Source: a virus. Taken from it: a stretch of DNA of 36,406 nt. Below the pieces are notes generated by a model that made no database searches, was not told where the DNA came from, and worked only from the letters and a program-made list of their open reading frames with translations. A program made the position numbers and the translations under genes. The stretch's first letter is position 1; each line of letters begins with the position of its first letter. Below are positions 7,586-15,811 of this stretch, in pieces. The stretch lies in the IMG/VR virus record IMGVR_UViG_3300027917_000013. One strand, given 5' to 3'.

Positions 7586-9637
7586 TTACCTGTATTCTTG
7601 AATCCTGCTTGCCAGTTTCCAAGCAAACTCCTCAAAATCCATATCGGACACAATTTGAGCCCCGGGGATGCTTACATTTATATTTGTCCCTGGGGGAGTC
7701 TCCCCTTGAGGGGTAACCGTTACAGTTTCCCCCCGGGTTGCCATAAAATTAACCGGGACCCTATCAATGCCCGGGCTCCCCTCAACAAGGAATTGCCCGC
7801 CGAATTGCATTTTTACTTTATTGTGTACCAAATGATTATAAACAAAATAAGATTGCGTTTTTGCAACTGAAAAAGTATATACCTTGCTCTTTCCAACACA
7901 AGGAATTATCCCTTTGATTTCATCAAATCCGCCCTCAACAAGCATAATTTTATTTTCTTTTGTAAGGTCCCGGGTTTCAACCCAACCCGCTTTTATATCA
8001 AACCAAGGATGCTCCGGGGAGCAAATAAAACTTGAGTCGTTGAATATAACCTCAAGTAAATCATCCCGCTCAAATTGGAATATTTCCGCTACCTCATTCA
8101 TTACAGGTTTTTCAAGGTTTTCATCATAAGACCAAACCAAATCCCCAACCTTGATTTCCTCAATTACCTTAAACCCGGAATAAATGTTAACGAGGGTCCC
8201 AGGGGCAAAGCAACCCCCGCCTCCCCCGTCCCCCTCGTCTTTCTTGTCGTCTCCCCCATTGTCCCCGCCTCCCCCGGGTATTTTCTTTAAATCATCAAGC
8301 CCTTTAACATCAAGCTCAATTGGGATATAAATACTTTCGGGTAATAAGTCAAATTCGTTTCCCAATTCAAGCAAATCATCAACAACGTCATTTACCGCGG
8401 TCCCTTGGTCCTCCCAATCCCGCTCAAGACGGGCAAGGGCAAGTTGAGCCTTGACGGTATCGGAGTCAAGTCCCCCAATCTTGGTTGCAACCTCAACAAA
8501 GATTGACTCAAGCTCGGGCAATTCCTCTTCACTCGCCTTTTTATAAGCCTCGTTAAGATGCTCCATTGCCTCCGCCGCGAGTCTCGCGTCCGTTACCTTT
8601 TGCAAGGACAACGCAAGGTTGCGGGTCTTTTGCTCCGCCTCCCCCGCCTCTTTATTGGTTGTCTGCAATCCCTTGTTCCAACCGTCAATTGCGGTATCCC
8701 CCATTTCAAGAGCTTTATTTAAAGCAAGTTGCGCCTTTTGCGCGTTATATTCCTCCTCGGTTAAACGATAAAAATAAATTGGCATATCTTTAACCGCGTC
8801 CCGGTATTCCTCAATCGTATTTGTTGACTCAAGAAATCTTTGATTTTGCTCTTTGGTTGCATCAATTACCGCAAATATCCCGTCAAGCCAAGGATTCGCG
8901 CCCTCCGCAACCCAGGTTGCAAACCCAACTTTCAAATCATCCATTGTTGCATTAAAACGGTCCAAACTTGAGGTTGCATTAAATCCCGCTTCATCAAGCG
9001 CGTTAAGTTTTCCTTCCGCCTCCTCCATTGTCGCAATAAGGAATCTTGTTTGACGGTCCGCCTCCGCAATGCCGTCATTTGCAAGTTCCTCCATTCGTTC
9101 CTTTACTTTCGCGCCTGAAATCCCGAACGTATCAAGCCTTAATATTGATTGGTTGGCAAGCAAAAGGGTAAATTCCTCAAACGCCTCTTTGGGTCCCTTA
9201 CCCATTGTTGCCCCAAGCGTTGTTGCAATGCGGGTCAATTTCGCGGCTTCATCCGCGTTTTCCGCAAGCCCCATTGACAATAAACGGGTTGCGTTTTGCA
9301 TCGCGTCCATTTTTGAGATTGTCCCCCCGGTTGCATCTTGGACCGCGTTTAACATTTCCTCCGCCGCGCGCCCTCCGCCCGCGTACGCTTTAAGGGCAAC
9401 CTCGGACCGTTGCGCGGCAATCCCCATTTCGTAAAGCTCGGGCAATGCTTTGATTGCGGACATTCCCAAATTTACGATTTGGTTACCCGCTCCGAGCATT
9501 ACCCCATCAAGAATAGAAAATTGACTCCCGGTCTTTTCGCCTTGTTTCCCCAGGTCCTCAAGGTCATTTTTAACATCCTGGGACCCGGTCCCTTGTTTTA
9601 CTACTCTTAAGATAATATCAAGTAAGGATTTGGACAT
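7586..9637 (-). CDS. Tape measure protein with a C-terminal Hint/BIL domain
   Basis: 683 aa, directly downstream of the G/GT chaperone pair, with its start overlapping the upstream stop as TAATG. The N-terminal roughly 450 aa are Ala/Glu/Leu/Lys-rich and look helical. A Gly/Asp linker, an intein-like block and a 77-aa tail follow. Confidence 0.8.
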   Translation of the reverse strand: MSKSLLDIILRVVKQGTGSQDVKNDLEDLGKQGEKTGSQFSILDGVMLGAGNQIVNLGMSAIKALPELYEMGIAAQRSEVALKAYAGGGRAAEEMLNAVQDATGGTISKMDAMQNATRLLSMGLAENADEAAKLTRIATTLGATMGKGPKEAFEEFTLLLANQSILRLDTFGISGAKVKERMEELANDGIAEADRQTRFLIATMEEAEGKLNALDEAGFNATSSLDRFNATMDDLKVGFATWVAEGANPWLDGIFAVIDATKEQNQRFLESTNTIEEYRDAVKDMPIYFYRLTEEEYNAQKAQLALNKALEMGDTAIDGWNKGLQTTNKEAGEAEQKTRNLALSLQKVTDARLAAEAMEHLNEAYKKASEEELPELESIFVEVATKIGGLDSDTVKAQLALARLERDWEDQGTAVNDVVDDLLELGNEFDLLPESIYIPIELDVKGLDDLKKIPGGGGDNGGDDKKDEGDGGGGGCFAPGTLVNIYSGFKVIEEIKVGDLVWSYDENLEKPVMNEVAEIFQFERDDLLEVIFNDSSFICSPEHPWFDIKAGWVETRDLTKENKIMLVEGGFDEIKGIIPCVGKSKVYTFSVAKTQSYFVYNHLVHNKVKMQFGGQFLVEGSPGIDRVPVNFMATRGETVTVTPQGETPPGTNINVSIPGAQIVSDMDFEEFAWKLASRIQEYR
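7820..8212 (-). other. Hint / bacterial intein-like (mini-intein-sized) domain inside the tape measure protein (residues 476-606)
   Basis: Intein blocks are readable. Block A is CFAPGTLVNIYSG. Block B is FICSPEHPWF. Block F is KVYTFSVAKTQSYFV. Block G is NHLVHN, followed by Lys at the +1 position. Confidence 0.7.
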
Positions 9638-10322
9638 TATTTGCGCCTTGGTTTATAACTGGGATGCTTTGCGCGCCATTCCGCAAAGTCTTTATCAACC
9701 TTTTTCCTATGCTCAACAAACCCCGGTAAATCATAAAGTAAAGCCCGGACCAAATCAATAAAATCATTTGGTAATTGGTCAACGTCCCAGGGAGCAACAA
9801 ACGGACCCCCAAGCGCGGTATTGACCATTCTTGCAATTTCAATATTGGATACCTCCGGGTTGCTTGTGTAACCGCTCCGAGCGGTTTGCAAAAGGTCTAA
9901 TTCAATTTTTTTTTGTAATGCTCCCGGTATTCTTGGAGCATATTAAAAGACCGTTTTTGGATAAACTCCCACAAAGCGGGGTCATCCTCAATCAAGTTTT
10001 CGGCAAGCTCTTTAACCTCCGCCTGGGTCCAATGGGTTTCCTCGTTTTCCGCTTGACTCCAGTTGTCCGCAAGCCAAGCATAATATTTGTCATTGATTGA
10101 CTCAATGGTCCCGGTAATTTGTTTCAATTTCTCAACATTGTCCGGGTCCGATTCTTTGAGCTTGCCAAGCGCGGTATTGAGCCCTTGTCTTATCGTTTCC
10201 CGCTCTTGCAGTTTTTCTCGGGTTGGATTAACCCAAACCTGGATTACCGCGCCCGCATACTCGGGAGCAAAATCCGCAAGGTCCAAAGGTCTTACAACTT
10301 TTTTATATTGTATTTTCATCAT
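9637..10322 (-). CDS. Tail assembly chaperone G-T fusion made by -1 programmed frameshift (about 228 aa)
   Basis: The -1 frame is open from the A9 run (9906-9914) through to the stop at 9637-9639. I read no stop between the slip site and the 84-aa ORF listed in the track. Confidence 0.65.
9897..10322 (-). CDS. Tail assembly chaperone (gpG-like)
   Basis: 141-aa acidic ORF just upstream of the tape measure gene, preceded by AAGAGGAGTCAA-ATG. It ends ...HYKKKLN*, with the Lys codons forming AAAAAAAAA. Confidence 0.7.
   Translation of the reverse strand: MMKIQYKKVVRPLDLADFAPEYAGAVIQVWVNPTREKLQERETIRQGLNTALGKLKESDPDNVEKLKQITGTIESINDKYYAWLADNWSQAENEETHWTQAEVKELAENLIEDDPALWEFIQKRSFNMLQEYREHYKKKLN
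9906..9914 (-). promoter_or_regulatory. Slippery sequence A_AAA_AAA for -1 ribosomal frameshifting
   Basis: The minus strand reads CAT TAC AAA AAA AAA TTG AAT TAG. Nine consecutive A residues lie 2 codons before the gpG-like stop, and the downstream ORF is in the -1 frame. Confidence 0.65.
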
Positions 10323-10378
10323 TTGACTCCTCTTTGTGTTGCAACAAATTTTGAGCCGGTTCAGCTCGGGTTGTCAAT

Positions 10379-11398
10379 TTATATTGCGCTTACATCGGTT
10401 GTAACGGTCAACTGCAAGAGCTTTGCTCCGGTTTGGTCATAATATCCTTGAAACGTTGCGGTATGCAAGTTGTTTCCGCGGTCCTCTTGACCCATCGGGG
10501 TTACGTCAACCCATGCCCCGCCAATGTCCAAAATCATGGAATGATTATCACCAACCCCGATTTGCGCGCCCGTAACCTGTAAGCGTAACACTTGCAAACT
10601 CGCGGCTTGAAAAGCGTCAAAGATTGCATCCGCGTCGGAGTTGCCTTCAAAAACAAACGTACCCCTAACGTCAAGGTATTCCTCCGCGTGATTGTTGAAA
10701 TATTTATTTGCATCCCCCGCAAATATCCATTTCACGCCCGTTAATATCTCAATGTCATAAGAGCGGAGCAACCCGGTCTTTTGGGTCCCGCCAACCCCCG
10801 CCCAGGTTGTATCAAGATAAAAACTTGTTACTTTCGCGGCCATTAATTCCGTTGATGGTAAGGACAACGCCCCGGTAAAGGTTGTTGTTGTCCATTGACG
10901 AGCAAAGAAATCCGCGTCAATGTTTACCGGGCTCCCAACCCCATCTTGCGCGATTTCGCCCGCAATGCGGTAACGGTCAAACATTGTATACTCACATTCA
11001 TAAGCCTGGACATCATCCCCCGCCTCAAGCGTTATTGAATCCGGGTCATTGGTTGCGGTTAAGCTCGGGGTAAAGGTCCAAAGGTAATCCCCCTCGGACG
11101 GGTTTTGCTCAACCGGGGTAACGTTGCCCTTGATACCGCATGAAAAGAGCATTGGTAATACCTGAAAATAGGGAGGGTGGTCATTGTCCCAACTCAAGGT
11201 ATTCCTTACCAAATATTCATACAACTGGGGACCTTGCGCGCTCCGCGCCTTGACCCCCGCCATATCCATAGGGAATTGCGCTTGACGGTCCGGCAAAATC
11301 GGCATTGGCGCGGCTAAAAGCATTGTATCCGCGGCAACCGCGGTCCCGTTTACCGATTCAAGTCCCCATTGTAATTTCGAAAATGCTCTACTTCCCAT
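10379..11398 (-). CDS. Major tail (tube) protein, putative
   Basis: 339-aa ORF between the neck genes and the chaperone pair, which is the canonical siphovirus position. No sheath gene is present. No motif-level confirmation. Confidence 0.55.
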   Translation of the reverse strand: MGSRAFSKLQWGLESVNGTAVAADTMLLAAPMPILPDRQAQFPMDMAGVKARSAQGPQLYEYLVRNTLSWDNDHPPYFQVLPMLFSCGIKGNVTPVEQNPSEGDYLWTFTPSLTATNDPDSITLEAGDDVQAYECEYTMFDRYRIAGEIAQDGVGSPVNIDADFFARQWTTTTFTGALSLPSTELMAAKVTSFYLDTTWAGVGGTQKTGLLRSYDIEILTGVKWIFAGDANKYFNNHAEEYLDVRGTFVFEGNSDADAIFDAFQAASLQVLRLQVTGAQIGVGDNHSMILDIGGAWVDVTPMGQEDRGNNLHTATFQGYYDQTGAKLLQLTVTTDVSAI

Positions 11399-11571
11399 TA
11401 TTCTTTACCTCCGCTTTTGGGCTCGGGTTTTACCTCTTGATAATTCCCGTTTTTTATAGCCTCTTGTAATATTTCCAATACGCCCAGGTATTCCGCCTCC
11501 GCGTCGGTTATCTCATGGGGCAACCCGGGGACTCCTCCGCCCTTGCCAACAAATTTATATTTTTTCGCCAT
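11398..11571 (-). CDS. Small hypothetical protein (57 aa), absent from the ORF track
   Basis: My hand translation is MAKKYKFVGKGGGVPGLPHEITDAEAEYLGVLEILQEAIKNGNYQEVKPEPKSGGKE. GGAGGT lies 7 nt upstream of the ATG. The stop overlaps the next ATG as TAATG. Confidence 0.55.
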   Translation of the reverse strand: MAKKYKFVGKGGGVPGLPHEITDAEAEYLGVLEILQEAIKNGNYQEVKPEPKSGGKE

Positions 11572-11584
11572 TGTTTTACCTCCG

Positions 11585-12055
11585 TTAAATACTTGGTGTG
11601 TAATCCCCGGTTACGTTTTCTTTAACATTCCAATAAACAATAAAACCGAGTCTTGGTTCATCCGCTCCGCCATAAGACAAAGCAACCGGACCCTCAACGC
11701 TTGCGCCCTCCTCGCCTCTTAGCAAAAAATGGTCAACGGTCCCGTTAAGTTTCATGCTCCCCGCCGCGGCATTGCGTATTCGAGCAATAAAGCGGATTGC
11801 CTCCGGTATGTTTGCTTTGCTTGCATTATCAAATAAATGGAATTCGGTTTGCCCTTGCCAGTAATCAATCAAGGGACCCCCAAGGGAATATTGACTCGTT
11901 ACATCGGTTGGGTATGTAATCGCGCATGGGGTAAACTCAATTGCCTCGGGAAATTCGGCAACCTCAAAGACCCGGAAACTTTTGACGGTCCCCCCGCGTC
12001 CGTCATCAATTTCCCAAAGTTTTGTGATTTCATCAATCCAACTTTCAATTGCCAA
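11585..12055 (-). CDS. Neck / tail terminator-like protein (by position)
   Basis: 156-aa ORF between the gp10-like gene and the major tail gene. It overlaps the upstream gene by 11 nt. Confidence 0.5.
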   Translation of the reverse strand: MAIESWIDEITKLWEIDDGRGGTVKSFRVFEVAEFPEAIEFTPCAITYPTDVTSQYSLGGPLIDYWQGQTEFHLFDNASKANIPEAIRFIARIRNAAAGSMKLNGTVDHFLLRGEEGASVEGPVALSYGGADEPRLGFIVYWNVKENVTGDYTPSI

Positions 12056-12590
12056 CGCTCAAATCCTCCGTAATCCTATCAAGGGCAAGCATAAATTGTT
12101 GCCTGATATACGCGCCCGATTTCCGATAACCTTTTTGCATAAATCGCCTTCCCTTTATCCCTTTTCGAGCAATGGACCGGGCGATTACATAAGCAACCCC
12201 AGGGACCTTTTTTTTGGGGACCTTTAACCTTATTTGTACCCACCTATACAACGCGGACGGGGGAGGCATTTTACCGGGACGCCTCCCAAACTCCATTACC
12301 GCGGGGTATTCCTCTTTTTCAAGCGTTGAGCCAACTTTACCAACAATGTTTGACCCGTAACCCGAAACCTCGGATTTTATTGAGCCCTTAAGCCTCCCAG
12401 TTACCCCGGTTGGGACAAGCGGGACAATTTCCGCTTGCAGTTTGAAAACGGATAATTGCATTGCGCGCCTTAAATGCTTATCCGTAATATCATCAAACAT
12501 GGTAAGTTTGGCAACCTGGGCGGAAATATCTTGCATATTCAAGGAATACCCAACAAGGTTTTCTCCCGTCTTGACTCCCTGTAACCTCAT
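12045..12590 (-). CDS. HK97 gp10-like head-tail joining protein
   Basis: 181 aa. The segment IVPLVPTGVTGRLKGSIKSEV resembles the P.dTG.L..S motif of the HK97 gp10 family. It lies in the neck module. Confidence 0.55.
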   Translation of the reverse strand: MRLQGVKTGENLVGYSLNMQDISAQVAKLTMFDDITDKHLRRAMQLSVFKLQAEIVPLVPTGVTGRLKGSIKSEVSGYGSNIVGKVGSTLEKEEYPAVMEFGRRPGKMPPPSALYRWVQIRLKVPKKKVPGVAYVIARSIARKGIKGRRFMQKGYRKSGAYIRQQFMLALDRITEDLSVGN

Positions 12591-13591
12591 TTGCCAAACC
12601 TCCGCGGTTTCATGTACTCCGCTTTTACCCGGTCAAGGACCTTGTTGGGAAATTCATCCATATAAAAGACTTCGCCCAATTCAATGTTTGCAGTTTTGCC
12701 CGCATAATTGGAGTCCTCTTTGCCGCGCATCAAACTCGCCATTTGCTTACATAGATATTTAACGTCAAACGGTACAACGTAACGGGATACCGTTTTACTC
12801 GTATGAGCCGCGGCAACCGTCCCATTTGCTCCGCGCTCAACGGTAAAAGTACGATAAATGTAAATGTCCGTTGTGTCCGCGTGGGTTGTCCGCTTGGTCT
12901 TATTCCAACCCCGAGTAACATATAAATCATTTCCTTGAATGTCCAAAATCCGCATTTGCTCAAAATCGATTTTGATGATTTCGCCAATGTTAAACGCGGT
13001 CCCGTCCCCGGTTGTTATGTCCTCCTCGGACGCGTCCAATGCCTCCGCAAGGTTTACATTTGAATCGGTTGCGGACCCGTAACCCGTTACAAATTCTTGC
13101 TCAGTTTCCACAAGTAAAACCGCGCCCGGGTATATCTTGCTTGCATCATCAACAACCATTGCCGCGGTTGAATTATCCGCCTGGGTTGTTGTTGCTCCGG
13201 TATCCTCAGTTTCGGAATACAAACCCCATGAGCCAACAATTGCAACAATGTCCTCCTCCCAGGTCCAAGCGTTGAGGGTAAGCGCGTCCGGGTCAATCCT
13301 TATCCGCGTATAAGGTCCGTTGTCATACCATTTATTTCGGGGGTAAAGCAAGTAATCCGTTGTGTCCAATGAGTCCCCGTCATCGGTAATACTCGTTACG
13401 CTTAAGATTGGGTCAACGGTTAAATCAATGTCCCCGGTCCCGTCAAACCTCTTTGTCCCAACAATCGGGGTAAAGTTTCCTATATTCGTTTCAATCCATT
13501 GGGACGCGGAGCGGACAAAATCAAGCAAGTCCCCGGGCTTATCGGCTCCAAATCCTTTAACGTCCTCAATCGTGCAATATGCCCGCGTCAT
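12587..13591 (-). CDS. Head-tail adaptor/connector-like protein (enlarged)
   Basis: 334 aa. The N-terminus MTRAYCTIEDVKGF... resembles gp6-like head-tail connector starts. It is the first gene of the neck module. Assigned from position and a weak motif. Confidence 0.45.
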   Translation of the reverse strand: MTRAYCTIEDVKGFGADKPGDLLDFVRSASQWIETNIGNFTPIVGTKRFDGTGDIDLTVDPILSVTSITDDGDSLDTTDYLLYPRNKWYDNGPYTRIRIDPDALTLNAWTWEEDIVAIVGSWGLYSETEDTGATTTQADNSTAAMVVDDASKIYPGAVLLVETEQEFVTGYGSATDSNVNLAEALDASEEDITTGDGTAFNIGEIIKIDFEQMRILDIQGNDLYVTRGWNKTKRTTHADTTDIYIYRTFTVERGANGTVAAAHTSKTVSRYVVPFDVKYLCKQMASLMRGKEDSNYAGKTANIELGEVFYMDEFPNKVLDRVKAEYMKPRRFGK

Positions 13592-13875
13592 TTCTCGTAA
13601 TCCTCAAGCCTCTTAACTAATTCCGCTTTTTTCCCAACCTGGGGGAGCCCACGCGCGGCAAGCTCAATTTTCAACTGGGGGACGGTCATTTTTTTGTAAT
13701 CGGGGGTTAAGATTGCTTTATGAGCCGGGGGAGCCTCAAGACCTTTTACCTTAAAACAACCGGGCGCGTCATTCATTAAAAATTCCGCGTGTAATGGGTC
13801 AACCTCAATTTCATCCCCTTTTTGGTATCTTTCCATGCGGTTTATATATTCGGATATAACCAAAAGTTTCGTCAT
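13588..13875 (-). CDS. SAP-domain protein
   Basis: 95 aa. The C-terminal MTVPQLKIELAARGLPQVGKKAELVKRLEDY is a textbook SAP / HeH helix-extended-helix motif. ATGA overlap with the next gene. Confidence 0.65.
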   Translation of the reverse strand: MTKLLVISEYINRMERYQKGDEIEVDPLHAEFLMNDAPGCFKVKGLEAPPAHKAILTPDYKKMTVPQLKIELAARGLPQVGKKAELVKRLEDYEK

Positions 13876-15279
13876 TTACAACCTCCGATAAAAACCAAAT
13901 TCGCCCTCGGGGGGGACAATGCGGTTTGCATCAAGCCAAACCTGAAACGGTTTTGAATGGTCAAAATGTTGGGGCATTGTGTCTTGTTGCCCAAAGTTGT
14001 TGTGAAAATAAAAAAGCCCGTCCGGTTTCAGTAATGCAAGCCATTTATCAAGCGTTGTCATCAATTCACCCGGATGAATATGCTCGATAACATCAACCGC
14101 AACAATCAAATCATATTTGAGCCCAACATTAATATAATCTTGATAGCAAGTATGGTCCCAAAGCAAAACGTTTTTATCATCCTGAAACCGGGTCATCATA
14201 AAATCACGTAATACCCCGGGCAATTCATAAACGTCAACCTGATTTGCTCCCCGCAAAACCTCAACCTCCCCGCCAATACCCCCGCCAACTACCAAGACCT
14301 TTTTATCCTTTATCTTTCGCAAGGGGTTTATGATTTGATGGTAAAACGGGGAAACATTCCATGCCAGTAAATCATATAAATATCCGTTTTCCTCGCGCCC
14401 GTAAAACTCGCGGTATTCCTCGGGGGTTTGCGGGTTTGCTTGCTCGAATGCGTTGCGGGTAAATTCGGTTCCCTTTACCGCGTAAGCAATAACATCATCC
14501 TGGGGGACCCCGGTAAAATCGGATATAAGCTCAACCAATGACAGGTAATCTTGCCATTTATCCCAAATGCCCGAAATCCTGATTTGCTCTTGATAGGTTT
14601 GCCAACCCGTTACAACCCGGGAAATATGCCCCGCTTTTACGCTCGTTGTTGAGCCAATCTTAAATTTGTATTTACCCCCCGCCTCCCTTGAAAATGCCAT
14701 ATCTTCACTTGTCCCCCCATGCCTCGGATACCAAAACCAATCAAACCGCTCGAGCGGGACCCCTGGGTTGTCATTCAAGATAGTTTCAAAAACCTCCCGC
14801 CTTATCAAAACGCAATGCAACCCAACTGCCGCGGTTGTTTCGGTAAAGTTGTCTTTCCAAACCAAGCATTGCATCAAATCCCCGAGCGTTGATTCCTTAA
14901 ACCAAATTGCCTCCGGGGGGAATCCCCGCCTTGTATAAAATGCCTGGAAAATGTCAAATTCAAAACCCTCGGGGACGGTCCGCAAGTCCTCAACGAAACC
15001 GGGACCAAATGACGCGTCCGAATCCAAAAAACAAAGGGTATCGTTGTTGCTCCGCAAGAATCCCCTTACAACCTCATTTGCCGCGGTATGAGCAACCCGG
15101 TCCTTGGCAATGATAAACGAGTCCCCCGTCCTCAACCCGGTTGTTATCAAATGGGACCAATCGGTTACAAACTGGGACTCAACGAGTTTTTCAAGACGCG
15201 TTGCAACACATATTGAGCCCCAATCAAGGGGAGCGGTTGCTTGCTCTTTGTTTACCTCATAATCAACTTTTGTTTCCAT
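13876..15279 (-). CDS. Glycosyltransferase (GT-A, DxD) fused to a class I SAM-dependent methyltransferase
   Basis: 467 aa from ATG 15279, preceded by AAGAGGAGTCAAAAGATT. The N-terminal half has CFLDSDA (DxD) and GTSEDMAF motifs and looks paralogous to the 268-aa GT. The C-terminal half has VLVVGGGIGGE (motif I), DLIVAVDVIEHI and LKPDGLFY. The ORF-track start at 15357 is a TTG that runs through a hairpin. Confidence 0.7.
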   Translation of the reverse strand: METKVDYEVNKEQATAPLDWGSICVATRLEKLVESQFVTDWSHLITTGLRTGDSFIIAKDRVAHTAANEVVRGFLRSNNDTLCFLDSDASFGPGFVEDLRTVPEGFEFDIFQAFYTRRGFPPEAIWFKESTLGDLMQCLVWKDNFTETTAAVGLHCVLIRREVFETILNDNPGVPLERFDWFWYPRHGGTSEDMAFSREAGGKYKFKIGSTTSVKAGHISRVVTGWQTYQEQIRISGIWDKWQDYLSLVELISDFTGVPQDDVIAYAVKGTEFTRNAFEQANPQTPEEYREFYGREENGYLYDLLAWNVSPFYHQIINPLRKIKDKKVLVVGGGIGGEVEVLRGANQVDVYELPGVLRDFMMTRFQDDKNVLLWDHTCYQDYINVGLKYDLIVAVDVIEHIHPGELMTTLDKWLALLKPDGLFYFHNNFGQQDTMPQHFDHSKPFQVWLDANRIVPPEGEFGFYRRL

Positions 15280-15301
15280 AATCTTTTGACTCCTCTTTTT
15301 C

Positions 15302-15351
15302 GAGCGGGGGAATTGGAGGAGGAGGAGTCCAAACCTCCGCTTCCCCCGCTC
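15302..15351 (-). promoter_or_regulatory. Large GC-rich stem-loop between the 143-aa gene and the GT-MTase gene
   Basis: There are perfect 11-bp arms, GAGCGGGGGAA (15302-15312) and TTCCCCCGCTC (15341-15351). An inner GGAGG/CCTCC pairing adds to the stem. No U-tract follows on the minus strand. Confidence 0.5.
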
Positions 15352-15355
15352 TACC

Positions 15356-15382
15356 AAATAAGCGCGCCGGGGGTTGCGCTTA
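15356..15382 (-). terminator. Weak intrinsic-terminator-like hairpin at the stop of the 143-aa gene
   Basis: The minus-strand RNA reads UAAGCGCAACCCCCGGCGCGCUUAUUUGG. This gives a 6-bp AAGCGC/GCGCUU stem, a 10-nt loop and a U-rich trail. Confidence 0.35.
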
Positions 15383-15811
15383 ATTTGGGTCTAATTGGAC
15401 AAACAACAACGCGGTAAAGTCATTGGTATTTGTGGGAGCCATATTGGTAGTACTGGTATATGAAATCCCCAAACCCTCGCCCGCGGAAAACGTCAAAACG
15501 CCCGGGCGTATGCTTGCATAACTTTGTTGTGTGTTTGCGGTTGATAGGACGGGCGCGGGGTATCCCGATTGTGCAAATTCGGTCCCGTCTTTTTGCGCCC
15601 GGAAAGTTGCGGAATCAACTGTAACCTCCGCGCTTGCCTGTACTGAAATACCAACAACGCTCCCGCCCTTTGGCATGACAACCAATGTGTTTGTATAGGT
15701 TGCATCGCTCGCGGTCAAGTCGGTATTGGTTTGGTTTGTTACGGCATTTGCAACCCCAAAAGGAATTGCAATAATCCCGCCGTATTTACCCGCGTTAAAT
15801 TCATCGCCCAT
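15380..15811 (-). CDS. Hypothetical virion protein (possible capsid decoration protein, by position)
   Basis: 143-aa Ser/Thr/Ala/Gly-rich ORF directly downstream of the major capsid gene, with GAGGAG 8 nt upstream of the ATG. Confidence 0.6.
   Translation of the reverse strand: MGDEFNAGKYGGIIAIPFGVANAVTNQTNTDLTASDATYTNTLVVMPKGGSVVGISVQASAEVTVDSATFRAQKDGTEFAQSGYPAPVLSTANTQQSYASIRPGVLTFSAGEGLGISYTSTTNMAPTNTNDFTALLFVQLDPN

Noticed and set aside
7820-8212. A canonical protein-splicing intein interrupting the tape measure protein
   Set aside because: The +1 residue after the terminal His-Asn is Lys, which cannot perform the transesterification needed for splicing. There is no homing endonuclease and no recognisable conserved host-protein motif interrupted at the site. 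I therefore call it a Hint/BIL-type autoprocessing domain.
13876-15357. Longer ORF-track starts for three minus-strand genes (15357 here, plus 24986 and 29309)
   Set aside because: Each extension lacks an RBS. The first begins at a TTG and runs through a strong hairpin, the second overlaps the upstream gene and the third covers promoter-like sequence. An internal ATG preceded by the consensus AAGAGGAGTCAA motif exists in each case (15279, 24941, 29204).
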